Notes: generated by a model from the letters alone, not told the origin. DNA of 64,000 nt from Octopus vulgaris (GCA_951406725.2 OX597830.1:41230001-41294000); one strand, 5' to 3'. Positions 23,137 to 37,065 are shown, counted from the stretch's first letter. Made by a program: numbers and translations.

Positions 23137-23472
23137 CAAAATCTTAATAGTCTTCTGTGGAATAAATTATATTTCCAAGCTAAAATATATACATCTTTTC
23201 TTTTTGTTAAGTAGACAACATTGAAGTCAGTTAAAGGAGGACACAAAGGGTGCCAAAATATTTTTATTTATTCAGAAATACACAGCAAATAAAAAGAAAG
23301 TCAGGGAACCTTTGATCAAAACCCTTGATTTCCTGTAATAAAAACCATTTCACTCACCTTTAAACTTTCCCCCCTTCATTCCCCCTTTTTACCTACCATC
23401 AATATTTTACATTCCTGTATCATACCTTTCTATCTGCTATCTACGTATATATTCTATGTATTTTACATCTTT

Positions 23473-23720
23473 GTGGAGGCTTTTAGCCAAGTGGTTATGG
23501 TGTTGGACTCATGATTGTAAGATAGTGGTTTCGATTCTTAGGTCGGGCAGTGCATTGTATTATTGAGTAAAACACTTCATTTCATGTTGCTTCAGTCCAC
23601 GCTGCTAGCAAAAATGAGTAATCCTGCAATGGACTGTCATCCCATCCAGGAGGTAATATATACACCACAGAAAATGGGAAACCAGTCTTTCAAGTCTATA
23701 TGACTTGGGAAAGGGCTTTA
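23473..23720 (+). mobile_element. SINE family C (tRNA head, CORE-like and V-like domains)
   Basis: GTGGAGGC..TAGCCAAGTGGTTA...GTTTCGATTC; CORE-like block; CCTGCAATGGACTGTCATCCCATCCAGG. Confidence 0.75.
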
Positions 23721-24427
23721 ATTATTATTATTATCAATAATAATACATCCTTAACTCAATACCTTTGAACTTGTTTTCCTTCAGCCTCACCTCCATCATA
23801 TACCTTCTCTTTGAATCTCCTCACCTAATAGCCCCCCCCCCTCCAAATCACAGTATTTTGTCAAAGTAGTCATTAACCTTCTTCTAATGAAACATGGTAC
23901 ACAGGAATTATACAAACTTTGACAGCGTAGAGTGGTTAACATAAGTAAAACGACTCAACTAGTTTTAAGAGTTTGATGTCAGACAGAAAGCAGTGTCTGA
24001 GCGACAATTGTCTGTTGACACCAACAAATGTTTGGAATGTGTCATTGTTGAATTCCTGTTTGTCAAACCCCCAATATTTACAACTGACCCTGCTACTTTG
24101 ATACCTTCTTACTAGACATTCACTGCACTGCCAACATCAGGCTTTCTTTGTCACATGTCTTCAAGAAACGCCACTAAATTCCTTTGACTAACTCTTTGTT
24201 GAATACTGTTTCAGAAAAGTATAAATTACAAAACTGTAAAATAGATGGAAAGTAAAACCAGTTGATGGTTTGATGTTACCAAAAACTTGATGTAGACATG
24301 GACATTATTATATCCAGATTAAAGTGAAGAAAACCAGATGAAAATAGATACTTTGGAATGAGTTGTGGACAGTAGTAAAACTAGTCAAAAATGATAAATA
24401 TTTGCAAAACTCGATAATGTTAATTTA

Positions 24428-24790
24428 CTTTACTTAAACCCTTTGTTCCCTGTGAGGTAAAGGTCATTGGTGAATTTTTTCCACTGTTCTCCAGTCTGGG
24501 ATCTCTTTCCCACGTCTTGTTGGTTTTGAATTGTCATTGATGTTTTGTAACTTTGCTTTTTTTCAAGGTAGAGGTGTTGGCTCTATGCAAATCCACTTTT
24601 ACTTCTGGGAAGAAGTGCTCCAAATTAGTCTGGGCTTTAGTCTGGTCTCTCTCCTTTGTCTGGATACCCATATTAGTGTGGTCTTCATCCTTTGACCTGT
24701 CCCACATGGGTGACCTTATCAGGTGTTTGTGCTCTGCTGGCATAGCTCTGAAAGTCATTGAGGAACACAAATCATCACGCTGCAACAAGG
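24428..24790 (-). mobile_element. Bipartite non-autonomous RTE derivative
   Basis: RTE 5'UTR-like CCTTTGACCTGTCCCACATGGGTGACC...GCATAGCTCTG..GTCATTGAGG...CAAGG; 3' end CCCTTTGTTCCCTGT matches the 16003 element; no ORF. Confidence 0.6.
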
Positions 24791-24927
24791 ACTGGACCAT
24801 GTGGTGGAGAGATGGTAAACAACAGCAACAAAATCACAGACAATAGTCAAACCAGATGTGTAACACAATGAAACAGCAAGGTTTGTTTGCTATTGGTGCT
24901 GTTGTTGTTGTTTGCATTCTGATTGTT

Positions 24928-25165
24928 TTCTTTTATTCTTTTATTTGTTTCAGTTATTTGACTGCAGCCATGCTGGAGCACCACTTTTAGTTGAACAAAT
25001 CGACTATTCTTTGTAAGCTTAGTACTTATTCTATCGGTCTCTTTTGCCGAACCGCTAACTTATGGGGATCTAAAAACATCAACATTGATTGTCAAGCGAT
25101 GGTGGGGGCCAAACACCGACACACAAACATACATACATGCATGCATGCATGTATACATACATACA

Positions 25166-25197
<32 letters not shown>

Positions 25198-25373
25198 ATA
25201 TATACACACACAATGAGCTTCTTTCAGTTTCTGTCTACCAAATCCACTCACAAGGCTTTGATCTGCCCGAGGCTATAGTAGGAGACACTTGCCCAAGGTG
25301 CCACGCAGTGGGACTGAACCCAGAACTATGTGGTTAGTAAGCAAGCTACTTACCACACAGCCACTCCTGTGCC
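24928..25373 (-). mobile_element. SINE family A, full length
   Basis: Family match; internal (TACA)n. Confidence 0.9.
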
Positions 25374-25881
25374 TTTTGTTATGATTGTTTCTGTTATAGA
25401 CAAGCAGAACTGAGAAAAATGAAATTAAATATTGAGATTGGATGAAGAATCTAAAGATATCGAGAAAGGCCACCATAACCTAGCTCAGTACTTCCAACGT
25501 TAGCTTGTTTCGCTTTGTCCTCCCTGTCAAGAGAATCTTGTCTTATGATAAGACTGGTATAGTACCGAGTAGAAGAACCATATGCAAGTGCCCCCTGCCT
25601 CCTCTCTATTGCTTGTACACTTGCTCTTTAATATGTATGAGTGTGTGTGTGTATGTGTGTGTGTGTGTGCAATGATGCTATCAGTACTCTTAGAACCATT
25701 CTCTAAGGAAAACAAAAAGGAAACTATTATTACTTTCTGTTACTGCTAAGTAAAATGCTTCATAAAAATGGTATAAATAGTTAAAACCAGCTAAAATGGG
25801 TTTTTAGTTTGTTGTTGTTGTTGTTTTTCTTCTCCACAGTGAATGTGTCTTCTTCCCATACTAAAAAAAATCTCATATGTC

Positions 25882-25945
<64 letters not shown>

Positions 25946-26133
25946 ATATGTGCGTGTGTGTATCATCAACATCATCATCTTCATTTAATGTCATATATAT
26001 ATATACACGTGTGTGTGTGTGTGCGTTAAGTATGTATATACTATTTCAAAATTGTTGAAATTAAGTTTTATTAATTCATGAAAACTTAGAAATAATTCTC
26101 AAGAAATTGTCCTTTATTGACAAATGAGAAAAG

Positions 26134-26235
<102 letters not shown>

Positions 26236-26490
26236 TACACACGAATGCACGCACACAAACGCATGGGAAAAAAAGAGAAGAGCAAGAAAAAGAAGTGTAT
26301 GTATATTATATAATAAAGAAAGAAATAATGAAAGTGTCTTTTATATATATAAATAAGTAATTTTGGACTTCAAAGTAAATAGTTCGTCTTTGAAGTGATT
26401 AGATTTTTTTTATTTATTTATTTTTTATTGTTTTTAAAGCCATCAACACTAAACATGTAGGAATTTCTGCAAAGAAGTGATGATGTATGT

Positions 26491-26546
26491 GGGAGGTGGG
26501 GGTGGGTAGGGAAAGCGGAGGGCAGAGGGGTGGGGTGGGGTGGGGG
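26491..26546 (+). other. G-run cluster with G-quadruplex potential
   Basis: GGGAGGTGGGGGTGGGTAGGG...GGGGTGGGGTGGGGTGGGGG. Confidence 0.6.
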
Positions 26547-26791
26547 AATGGAAGAAGAAAGAATGAATAAATAAATAAGAGTCGTAAAAACATTGCTGAA
26601 GAAACCTGGTAAAATCTAAGAGCCGTTATCTGGATATTGCTTGGTTAACAAAGAATTTTTCAATAATATTTTTCAGGCATTTGTTTTTATAGACTTCATG
26701 AAGGCATGTTTTCTTTCTGTATTTCTCATGATTCAGTATGGTTTAAATGTTGTGTGTGTACGTGTAGAATAACTCCTGCTGTGTGTGTGTG

Positions 26792-26839
<48 letters not shown>

Positions 26840-28212
26840 TGCATGTGTGCGTGCGTGCAACAAGTCCTGTTTATGACTGTGTATGTGAATGTGTTTTTGG
26901 CTACCTCTGGGAATATGTCTCTATCTCTGTGTAGATATCTGCAGTTTTGTGAATTTGTACATCTCACATATATCTGTCTGTCTGTAATTATGTATGTCTT
27001 GCATGTGTATGTATTTATGCATACATATATGTATGTATGTCTTGTATGTAAGTGTGTGTGTGTATTTGTGTGTATGTACTATGAGTATGTATATGTATCT
27101 ATGATTGAGTTTGTGTAAGGTATTTTAATCTTTGAGTGTTACTGTATTTTCTGTTTAAATTTGTGGTTGCGTTTGAATGCTCACACACACACATACATAC
27201 GGGTATATATATATTGTATTTGTTGTCTACATCTACCCTAGTGTATATCTTTTGACTTTGTATATACATGCATGTGTGTGTGTGTGTGTAGGTCTGTGCA
27301 AGTAAGTATATGTGAATGTTGTTAGTGGTGATATGTATGGTGGCAGCGGTGGTGGTGGTATTGGTGTGAAACGAAGAATCCTGACTTTGAGTACTGCTGT
27401 GTTTTCTGTTTATACAGTCTATGCCAGCTACTTCAAGAAATATGAAGTTATCTCAAGCACCTTATATTGTTCTATTTTCTTACAAGACAATGTTGCCAAC
27501 ATAATAATAATGATAATAATAATAATAATAATACTTTACCTTGACACAATGCTAAAAACATTGAAACAGCTAGCAGCTAAAGGGCACATAACTCCTGCTC
27601 ATTAAAAGGGAAAAAGTTAATAAAAAATATATGGAGAGTATGTTAGATGCAATTTTTCTTTTATAGTTTATGTTATTGTTGTTTTTATTGTGCAGAATGG
27701 TCAAAGCTTTTAAATATTTCATTATTTTAAAATTATTTTATTTATTTATTTTTTGGCTTTTTAAATTTTTTGTTGTATTCTGTTGATAGATTTCTAAAGA
27801 AATTCTGAAGTAGTTACAGAAATCAAAAGTGTGTATATATATATATATATATATATTGTATTTATGTATATATGTAAAAGTCTATATGGTAGATTTAAAG
27901 TAACTTTACTTTTATTATTTGAGGTGGGAAGGTTGGTAGGGTGTTTATAGGTTGGTGATGGTGGTCTTTGGAATTTATTTCTGTTTATAATTTTCTGTAA
28001 TTTTTTTTACTGTGTCAGCTATTAAATCTTGGTTGCCATAGAAATATTTCTTAGATCTTTTATATATTTTATAATTCTTATTCACTTGTAATTGTAAATA
28101 ATTACATTTTATTGCTATTATCTCTATGACCCTCCTTTCCTTCTGTTTCTTGGAGAAAGTCTCTGCATACACATACACTCATGCATGTGTTTATGTGTGT
28201 ATATGGATGGTT

Positions 28213-28244
<32 letters not shown>

Positions 28245-28595
28245 ATTATGTGTGTGTGTGTGTATTTGTTTATATATGTATAAATATATATGTGCAAGTG
28301 TGTGTGTGTATAGTGACTAAATGAATGTATATGTCTCTGTAGACATATATGTATGTATACTCTCATTTTATTTTTTAAATTTCTCACCAATATAGAAAGA
28401 GCTTATAGCAACCCAGGAATAAGGCTCTTTCATTGGAATTTAGATAACATCAATTTGGTAGCCATGTATGTGTCTGGCATGGTCATGAACGGACTTAGTT
28501 GCTTTCCCTCTTACCAACCCTTGTTTGTTTTTCAAGTATAGTACATAATCAATAACATATAAGATGTACTATTTTCAAATATATATATATATATA

Positions 28596-29004
28596 GGCGC
28601 AGGAGTGGCTGTGTGGTAAGTAGCTTGCTAACCAACCACATGGTCCCGGGTTCAGTCCCACTGCGTGGCACCTTGGGCAAGTATCTTCTGCTAATAGCCC
28701 TGGGCCGACCAATGCCTTGTGAGTGGATTTGGTAGACGGAAACTGAAAGAAGCCTGTCATATATATGTATATATATATATAAGTGTGTGTATGTGTTTGT
28801 GTGTCTGTGTTTGTCCCCCTAGCATTGCTTGACAACCGATGCTGGTATGTTTATGTCCCCGTCACTTAGCGGTTCGGCAAAAGAGACCGATAGAATAAGT
28901 ACTGGGCTTACAGAAGAATAAGTCCCGGGGTCCAGTTGCTCGATTAAAGGTGGTGCTCCAGCATGGCCACAGTCAAATGACTGAAACAAGTAAAAGAGAA
29001 AGAG
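28596..29004 (+). mobile_element. SINE family A, full length, young
   Basis: Nearly identical to 1241-1645; retains CpGs. Confidence 0.93.
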
Positions 29005-29057
29005 TATATTTCAAGAAATCGCCCTGGTGTTTATATGCAAAGTTGAACATATATGTT

Positions 29058-29287
29058 TTAACCTTGTAGTATTTAAACCAGCCATATGTGGCCCAATTGT
29101 GCTACCTGTATATTATTCTAACCAGCCAGATCCAGCCTATCATGCCTACTCTCCAATGCCATTCTAAAAATATATATAATTGCACCTTCAAAATTTTGGA
29201 GCTACAAAATAATGCATGGTTAATTAAAAACAATAAGAATGTAAAAGTATTGCATTTGACAGAATATTCTGGATGCTGAAAGGTTAA
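29058..29287. mobile_element. TTAA-flanked MITE, family M1 (opposite orientation)
   Basis: TTAACCTTGTAGTATTTAAACC ... GATGCTGAAAGGTTAA. Confidence 0.7.
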
Positions 29288-29519
29288 TGTATGTATGAGG
29301 AACTGTTTTTCTTGAATATGCATTGATAAAATTGTGTTGCATCCAATTTGCCCATATGCCTTTTATGCTATCAACTGTTGGTAGTTCCATTCCATTGGTC
29401 TGTACATGAAACTACTGACATCACCAAGATAAAAGACATCTAGTTTACGGAATTGTAAGCAAATGTACCATTGCTGAATTGATGTCAGTGTGAAGGCTCA
29501 TGGAAACAAATGCATACAC

Positions 29520-30005
29520 ATACACATGGGACATACAGTTTATGCCTATCAAATTTCACTCACAAGTTTTTGTTTGGTCAAAGGCTGTAAAGACACTTGC
29601 CCAAGGTTCCACATAAATGATAAACATTGCTCTTTTCAAGCCTAGCCAGACTCATAGGCCCGGTTTCTCGGTTTCTGTGGCCTATGTGTTCCCCCCCAGC
29701 TGGACGGGATGCCATTCCATCGCATCGTTACACAAGAAACAGGAAGAGAGTGTGAGAGAAAGTTGTGGCGAAAGAGTACAACAGGGGTCACCACCACCCC
29801 CTGTTGGAGCCTCGTAGAGCTTTTTTAGGTGTTTTCACTCAATAAACACACACAACGCCCGGTCTGGGAATCAAAACTGCAATCCTCCGACCGCGAGTCC
29901 GCTGCCCTAACCACTGGGCCATTGCGCCTCCACAAAGGTTCTACATAGTAGGATGGAACTGAAAACCATGTAGTTGCAAAGTTAATTTCATAACCACACA
30001 GATGG
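29520..30005 (-). mobile_element. Old SINE A head split by a SINE C insertion
   Basis: CACTCACAAG...AGACACTTGCCCAAGGTTCCACATA | insert | AAGGTTCTACATAGTAGGATGGAAC...AACCACAC. Confidence 0.7.
29616..29934 (-). mobile_element. SINE family C, full length, young
   Basis: tRNA-like head GGAGGCGCAATGGCCCAGTGGTTAGGGCAGCGGACTCGCGG; V-like domain; 13-bp TSD AAGGTTC(C/T)ACATA at 29603-29615 and 29935-29947. Confidence 0.9.
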
Positions 30006-30359
30006 CTATAACAATTGGGTTATCATACTTTAGTTTTGTTCTGTTTAGTGGCTCTTGGAGTTTGTACTTTGACCCGTCACTGTTCATAAAATAACTTGTG
30101 TTAATATGTTGTAGTGATTAGCATCTATAATGATCTTCTCTCTTCCAAAAATTAGTCTTGTATCTGTTTAATCCTTTATTGACAGCCAACTAATACTACT
30201 GTACTAACGATACAAAAAAAGTAGTTTTAATATTTAAAATTCTGTAAAACAAAAATACCTGAATATTAATAAACAAATAATACATAGATGCATACATACA
30301 ATACATATATGTATGCATATATATATATATATATACAAAAGCAAAGATCACAGGTCCAT

Positions 30360-30555
30360 CTTGAGCCCTGGGCTCATAAGGCTGGTTTCCTGGATTCTCT
30401 GGTATATACATTCCCCACCTGAATGGGATGCTGGGTCCATCGCAGTATTGAAATGTTTTGTTCAAGGACACACCGCGTTACCCAGTTCAGGAATTGAAAC
30501 CATTATCCTACAATCATGAGTGCAACACTCTAATCACTAAGCCATGTTTCTCCAC
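30360..30555 (-). mobile_element. SINE family C, deleted copy
   Basis: GGCTCATAAGGCTGGTTTCC...TTGTTCAAGGACACA...TAATCACTAAGCCATG. Confidence 0.7.
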
Positions 30556-30571
30556 TACATATATACATATC

Positions 30572-30614
<43 letters not shown>

Positions 30615-31300
30615 CAAGAATTCACCCCAGTCATTTTTCTTACCACTTAATTTGATGGTCCAAAACATCAGCCCGGCCCTTTTTAAAATAGTGCTTAAAA
30701 AAAAAAATTCTCGTTAAAATTACAAAGAATTCTAATATAAGTCATTTATATAATAAATGGCAAATTGATTGCAACATGTTGAAAATGTGATTGGTACAGT
30801 ATTTCTGTTTTTTTTTTTGTTTCTTCTTTTTTTTTTTGTTTGCCTCTATTAAAAAAAAAAAATCTTTCCTTCTGAGAAAGATTTTGGTAAGCTCAAAGAA
30901 CAAAACTCAAAAACATTGAGACAATTGTTGTTTCATGTTGTTGTTGTTATTATTTCTGTAGATTTTTGTTTTCTTTCCTTTTGTGGGTGGGCTGGAATCA
31001 CATGAGATATTTTATGAGAGTTTGGTCAATAAAGAACAGCATTGAAGTTGATTATATTTATTGCCTAGTGTTTTCTGTTTTCTTCTCAAGAATCTTTATT
31101 GGATTGCACATCTATCAGACATCAGTCTGCTGACTGTTATATGCCATTTCTGTCAACTATTAACGCAATAATCAGCCACAAGTGCTGGCATCAGAAGTGG
31201 CTGGCTGATATTTCGGTTAACACCCATGGTTTTTTGGCTTTGTTTTTTTTTTGTCTTTCTCTTTATAATTAATAACCTCTAAAAATGCAAGGTTATATTT

Positions 31301-31349
<49 letters not shown>

Positions 31350-31700
31350 GTATCTTATATTTGTTTCAGTCTTTAGACTGCAGCCATGCTGGGATACCAC
31401 CTTGAAGAATTTTTAGTTGAATATATCAACCCCAGTACTTATTTTTTAAAAGCCTAATACTTATTCTATTGGTCTCTTTTACCAAACTACCAAATTATGG
31501 GGATATAATTTGGTTGTCAAGCAGTGAGAGAGGGAGGAAAACAGACAGACACACACACATATTTAACATAGGCTTCCATCTACCAAATCCACTTAAGGCT
31601 ATATAGAAGACACTTGCCTAAGGTGTCATGCAGTGGGACTGAACCCTGAATCATGTGGTTGAGAAACAAGCTTCTTACCACAGAATCATGCCTGCACCTA
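31350..31700 (-). mobile_element. SINE family A
   Basis: Family match. Confidence 0.85.
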
Positions 31701-32029
31701 CACATACATATATAAGACCTAAGCTTTAAAAGGATGAGAATAACAACAAAAATATCAGAGTATAGCATTAACTTTAGTGCAGCATTTCGCAAACTTTAGT
31801 CATTCACATACTGACCCCACATTTGTATTGTTTGTTTATCACGTGTATCAGCATTCTGAGTTCAAATTCCAGTAGTTTTGGCTTTACCTTTCAACCATCC
31901 AGGGTCTGTAAAAGTAAAGCTATTCATTTATCTCATACATTTGTGCAATAAAAAGGCAATTTGATAGTCCATTTCTCACCAGGAGTATCTGTCAGAAACG
32001 TTTTTAGTTAAATGAATTACCCCAGTGAT

Positions 32030-32210
32030 CTCTTTTGTCGAGCCACTAAGTTACGAGTACGCAAACAAACCACCACTGGATGTCAAACGGTGGGGAACAC
32101 ACACACACTCACATGATGAGCTTCTTTCAGTTTCCATCTACCAAATCCACTCGTAAGGCTTTGGTCAGCTCAAGGCTATAATAAAAGATACTTGCCCAAG
32201 ATGCCACACA
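32030..32210 (-). mobile_element. SINE family A, partial
   Basis: CTTCTTTCAGTTTCCATCTACCAAATCCACTC...ACTTGCCCAAG. Confidence 0.75.
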
Positions 32211-32274
32211 CCTTGAGCTCATACCAGCATATATCAGCATATGTGTGTGTGTATATATTGTTTTGTTTGTTATT

Positions 32275-32520
32275 TGTTCCTTCTTGAGCCATGCCTGGCT
32301 CATAAGGGCCAGTTTCCCAGTTTCCTTGGCATATAGGTTCCCCACCGGTCCATCGCAGGTGAAAGAAAGTTGTGGTGAAAGAGTTCGCCATTACCTTCTG
32401 CCAAAGCTGCGTGGAGCTTAGGTCTTTCGCTCATAAACACACATCGCCCAGTCTGAGATTCGAAACCACGATCCCTTGACCGCAAGTCCGCTGCTCTAAC
32501 CACTAGGCCATGTGTCTCCA

Positions 32521-32522
<2 letters not shown>
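32275..32522 (-). mobile_element. SINE family C
   Basis: tRNA head (TAACCACTAGGCCATGTGTCTCCAC) and tail GGCTCATAAGGGCCAGTTTCC. Confidence 0.82.
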
Positions 32523-32564
<42 letters not shown>

Positions 32565-32975
32565 ATATATATATATATATATATATCATCATCATCATAT
32601 ATATATATATATTTATATTTATATATGCTGATATGAACACATGGCTAAGTAGTTAAGATGTTTAGGTTTCACACAGTAAGATTCAATATTTGCTACATAA
32701 CACTTCTGGCATGTGTCTTCTGCCCTTGTGTTGACTCAATCCTTTGGAAGTGAAATTACGCAGATTGAAGTATTGTGGAAATTCATTGGATGGGTTGTAC
32801 AGGTAATTCGAAGTCCCAGACTTGTCACTTGCAAAGATTTACCAACTCAGTCCAGAGATTAATTGCATTAATTGTACAACAGATTTTAGTATACTCAGCC
32901 AGTTAATATTATAAGGTAGTTCTATTGACTGAACTTCTAAAACACTGATTCATCCAAACTGGTGCAAAATCCATT

Positions 32976-33209
32976 ATCTTCTGTCTTATATTTGTTTCAG
33001 TCTTTTGACTGTGGCCATACTGGGGCACTACCTTGAAGAATTTTAATCAATCAAATTTTAGTAAAAAGACCAGGTTTTTTTTTTGAAGTGTGGTACTTAT
33101 TCTATCAGTCACTTTTGCCAAATTGATAGGTTACAGAGATGTAAACTCACTAACACCGGTTGTGAAGCAGTGACGTGGGACAAATATAGACACAAAGACA
33201 CACACATAG

Positions 33210-33253
<44 letters not shown>

Positions 33254-33419
33254 GTATGATGGGCTTCTTTCAGTCTCCGTCTACCAAATCCACTCACAAG
33301 GCTGTGATCAACCTGAGGCTATAGCAGAAGACACTTGCCCAAGGTGTTATGCAGTGGGACTGAACCTGGAACCATGTGATTGGGAACCAAGCTTCTTACA
33401 ACACAGCCTTGCCTGTGCC
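32976..33419 (-). mobile_element. SINE family A, full length
   Basis: Family match. Confidence 0.88.
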
Positions 33420-34068
33420 TATATCTTTATATATTTCACACACACACACACACACAAGCCTCACTTATTCTCATTCAATTTATTTCTATCGAATTTTTTT
33501 TTTACAGAAACAAGAGTAACACAAATCCTTTTTTTTTTTTTTCTGTGCAAAAACCATTTTATTTACACAGGGTAGCTGCAGATCTGAATGACACATTGCA
33601 CACCATTGGATGGTTGTGGTGGTGGTGGTGGAATCTAAAAGGTTTTGGGAACAAAATATTCTAACTGAAAACGTTTTAAACTGACAACTTGTAATGAACG
33701 GTGGTTTGCTGAAGCATTTATTTGAATAAGTATGTTAAAGGTTGGTCACATGATCAGCAAGAATGCTCCCCGTCTTTGTAATTGTTGCAAGTGTTTGACA
33801 TAGGATAAATTTGATATTTAAGCATAGAAATAAATAAATAAATAAATGCAGCATTTTGGTAAAAGGTGAGAACTGTACAAAGAAAGAGAGTTGCTGTGGT
33901 GACAAGGATAAAATAACTTGATTTATCTATTTCATTACATGATAGAAAGCTTTTGTTTGCTACTTATATTGAGAGTGACTCCTGTAGTTTTAGCTATGGT
34001 GGCGCTTTCAGAATGCTTCTCAAACCACTGTCACTTGAGCTGTGTGTGTGTGTTTACCATATGTATTT

Positions 34069-34109
<41 letters not shown>

Positions 34110-34423
34110 TATATATATATGCACATACACACATGTTTATACATATAAGCATATATATATATGCTTATATATATATAAACACGTGTGTGTATGTATATAC
34201 ATATATATATGCTTATATAAATCCTTAAAATCCTTAAAAATGTTTTAGCCCGAAGGCCGCGGCCATGCTGGAGCACCACCGCTGTATAAACATGTGTGTG
34301 TATGTGTGTATATATATCATCATCATCATTGTTTGTATGTATATATGCATGTGTGTGTGTGTGAATATGCAGATATATATCTGTGTGCCTGTATACTTCT
34401 TTATATATATACATATCGACATA

Positions 34424-34479
<56 letters not shown>

Positions 34480-34750
34480 CATACACACTCTCTCACACAC
34501 ACACAGGCCTCCCCATCATCTTACATCCACATCCCCTGAATCTGTAGATCTGTCCTCTATTCCACACCATTCCTTTCAGCCTTTTCTGATGATTTCCAAA
34601 GTTTTCCAAAGTTTTCCTCAATTTCTGCCTTGAAACTGATTGCTAAATTTGCTGTTATGATAATAAGATATTGTTTTGTTTTTTTTTATTAATAGTAATA
34701 ATATACCCATTCAATTGACCAATATACGAGTGCCTATTATTTATATATAT

Positions 34751-34821
<71 letters not shown>

Positions 34822-36589
34822 ATATGTATGTGTGTGTGTGTAGATATATCATGATGATGATCATCATCCTTTAATGTCCACTTTCTATGCTGGCATGGGT
34901 TGGATGGTTTGATGTTGATTTTAATAGCATTTGTCTAAAGAATATGTTTTGGATAGATTTGAGGCCAAGCGTATAACTAGACCAAGCGAACCCTAGGATA
35001 TTACTGGTTTTTATTTCATTGCCACAAGTGTGAGAGAGGAAAAGCGAAGCGAATTTGAACCTCGCTGTGTATGTGTGCATGTCTCTGTGTGATTCTTAAC
35101 ATTTGAACTTTTGAGACAGCCAAGAGTAAGCACGGTGTTAATATAATGTATTAAGTCAAACGATTCCCTGTCATAGCTTACAATATCTCTCTAATACTAT
35201 TAGACATTTAAGATTGTCCATGTATCAAGTTTACATTTTTATTTTTCTCTCGATAGTGATAATGTCCTTGCATGTATCAAACCTTCTTTTATCAGTTTTA
35301 CAAGACTCAATCTCAATATCAGGAAACCTGACTTTACTTGAGTTACTCTGAATTGGAGAAGCTTTTATTTTGAATTTCAAAAGAAATTTTCTTTTCTTTG
35401 GCTTCTCAGCATGTCAAAGATACATTTTATCCACATTCCTCCCCTCCTCTCTCTGTCTATTATCTTTATCGTATTTATTTTTTTTCACTCCTTACATTTT
35501 ATACACTTTCATTTGTTTATTTCTTTAACATTATTTCCCTTCTATTTTCACCTTTCCTTTTGTGTGTATGTATGTGTCTATACCTGTATATACATATATA
35601 TTTGTGTGTGTGTGTTTGTGTGTGTGTGCGTGCACACGGGTGTGTGTGTGTGTGTGTTTGTGTGTTTGTGGTTCGTTCAGTGTTCCATAGTATTCAAGTG
35701 ATGTGGCTCTTTCAGTTATACAAGATGTAATTGTTTGAATAAAATATCTTTTCCCCAAATCATGTTGTATTATAGAAAGTAGTATGGACACCAACTGCTT
35801 TCTATAGTGGCATGACACTTCCTAAGCCACTTTCTGTAGCTCTGATGTCATTGTAAACACCACCAACCATACATTCAGAACAGAGTGGTTTGGCATGAAG
35901 GGGAAGGGTCAATTAGCAATGAAACACTTACTCTTCACTATAATGTCAGAAGTTGAATAGAAAGCCATGTTAAAACCATGGGTAGCTAAAATTCCACCAT
36001 TGTGTAGCTGTTTATTTTTTTTTAAATTGATTGCCACATTTGAAAGAGAAGAGCATAACCCATTAGAAGGTGGCTTGGCGATCAGAGATAGAGTAGTTCA
36101 CGCTGACTCTGTAGAGTTGCTTGTTAGTGTAGTTAGTCTGTTGTAAATACTGATAGACACCTGAAGCATTTGGCTATCTTGTGCTAGTTCTTGTGTGGGT
36201 TTTGGGTTTGTCAGTAGAAATAACTTTAGACTGTTGTTTCCTACAGCATAATGATGGTTCCTATTGCTGATGGTGGGTTGAGGTGCAAGCGAAGATACTG
36301 TTGGCATCGCTTAATTAACTTTCATTAACAGATAAAAAAGTGAAGCACAAGTCAACTGGTAAAATGCACCAGACAAGATACAGACATGAAACCATTTCTT
36401 CTCATCAGCTGTTGACTGAAGATGAAGGATAATTTCAGTACATTATCAACGGGTTTGCTCTCTTCAGGGTGCCCATGAACGAAAATTTATGAAAAATTAG
36501 ATACAACAAATATGTTTAAGTCTGCCAACTAAACAAAAGGTCAGTTTGTGTGGCTGAGACAAGTAATTCTCAGGATGAAGCGACAAAGA

Positions 36590-37065
36590 ATATTGTTCCA
36601 AATTTTGGCACAGGTTCAGCAATCTTGTGGAGAGGTTGTTAGTTGATTATATTTGGATAAAGATGGCGAGCTAGCAGAAGTGTGAGCATGCCGGGCGGGC
36701 GATATGTTTAGCAGTATTTCGTCTGCTGTTACATTCTCAGTTCAAATTCCATGGAGGTCGACTTTGCCTTTCATCCTTTCGGGGTTGATTAAATAAGTAC
36801 CAGTTACACAAAGGAGTTGATGTAATTGACTTAATCCCTTTGTCTGTCCTTGTTTGTCCCATGTATGTTTAGCCCCCTGTGGGCAATAAAGAAATATATA
36901 TTTGGATATTGGCTCCAGCATTTGGTTGGTACTTTATTTTATCAACGCCCAAAAGGAAGAAAGGTAAGGTTGACCCTGGCAGAATTTGAACTCGGAATGT
37001 AAAGAACTGGAAGAGATGCCACTAAGCATTTTATCCAATACATTAAGGATTTTGTCAGCTTACCA
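36590..37065 (-). mobile_element. Old SINE family B (tail type 2) split by a younger B copy
   Basis: Tail at 36590-36655 and head at 36909-37065 (GGCAGAATTTGAACTC...CACTAAGCATTT). Confidence 0.65.
36660..36896 (+). mobile_element. SINE family B, full length (tail type 1)
   Basis: GGCGAGCTAGCAGAA...GTCGACTTTGCCTTTCATCCTTTCGGGG; 12-bp TSD TATATTTGGATA at 36648-36659 and 36897-36908. Confidence 0.9.

Noticed and set aside
22670-23224. 184-aa ORF with poly-Ser
   Set aside because: It spans a (CAT)n tract and a family D SINE; no domain or splice support.
29860-29934. tRNA gene-like sequence (A and B boxes, TCG anticodon-like loop)
   Set aside because: It is the head of SINE C: it continues into the SINE body, is bounded by TSDs and has no proper acceptor stem.
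36468-36539. AG...GT-bounded exon candidate
   Set aside because: Stop codons in all three frames; no other support.
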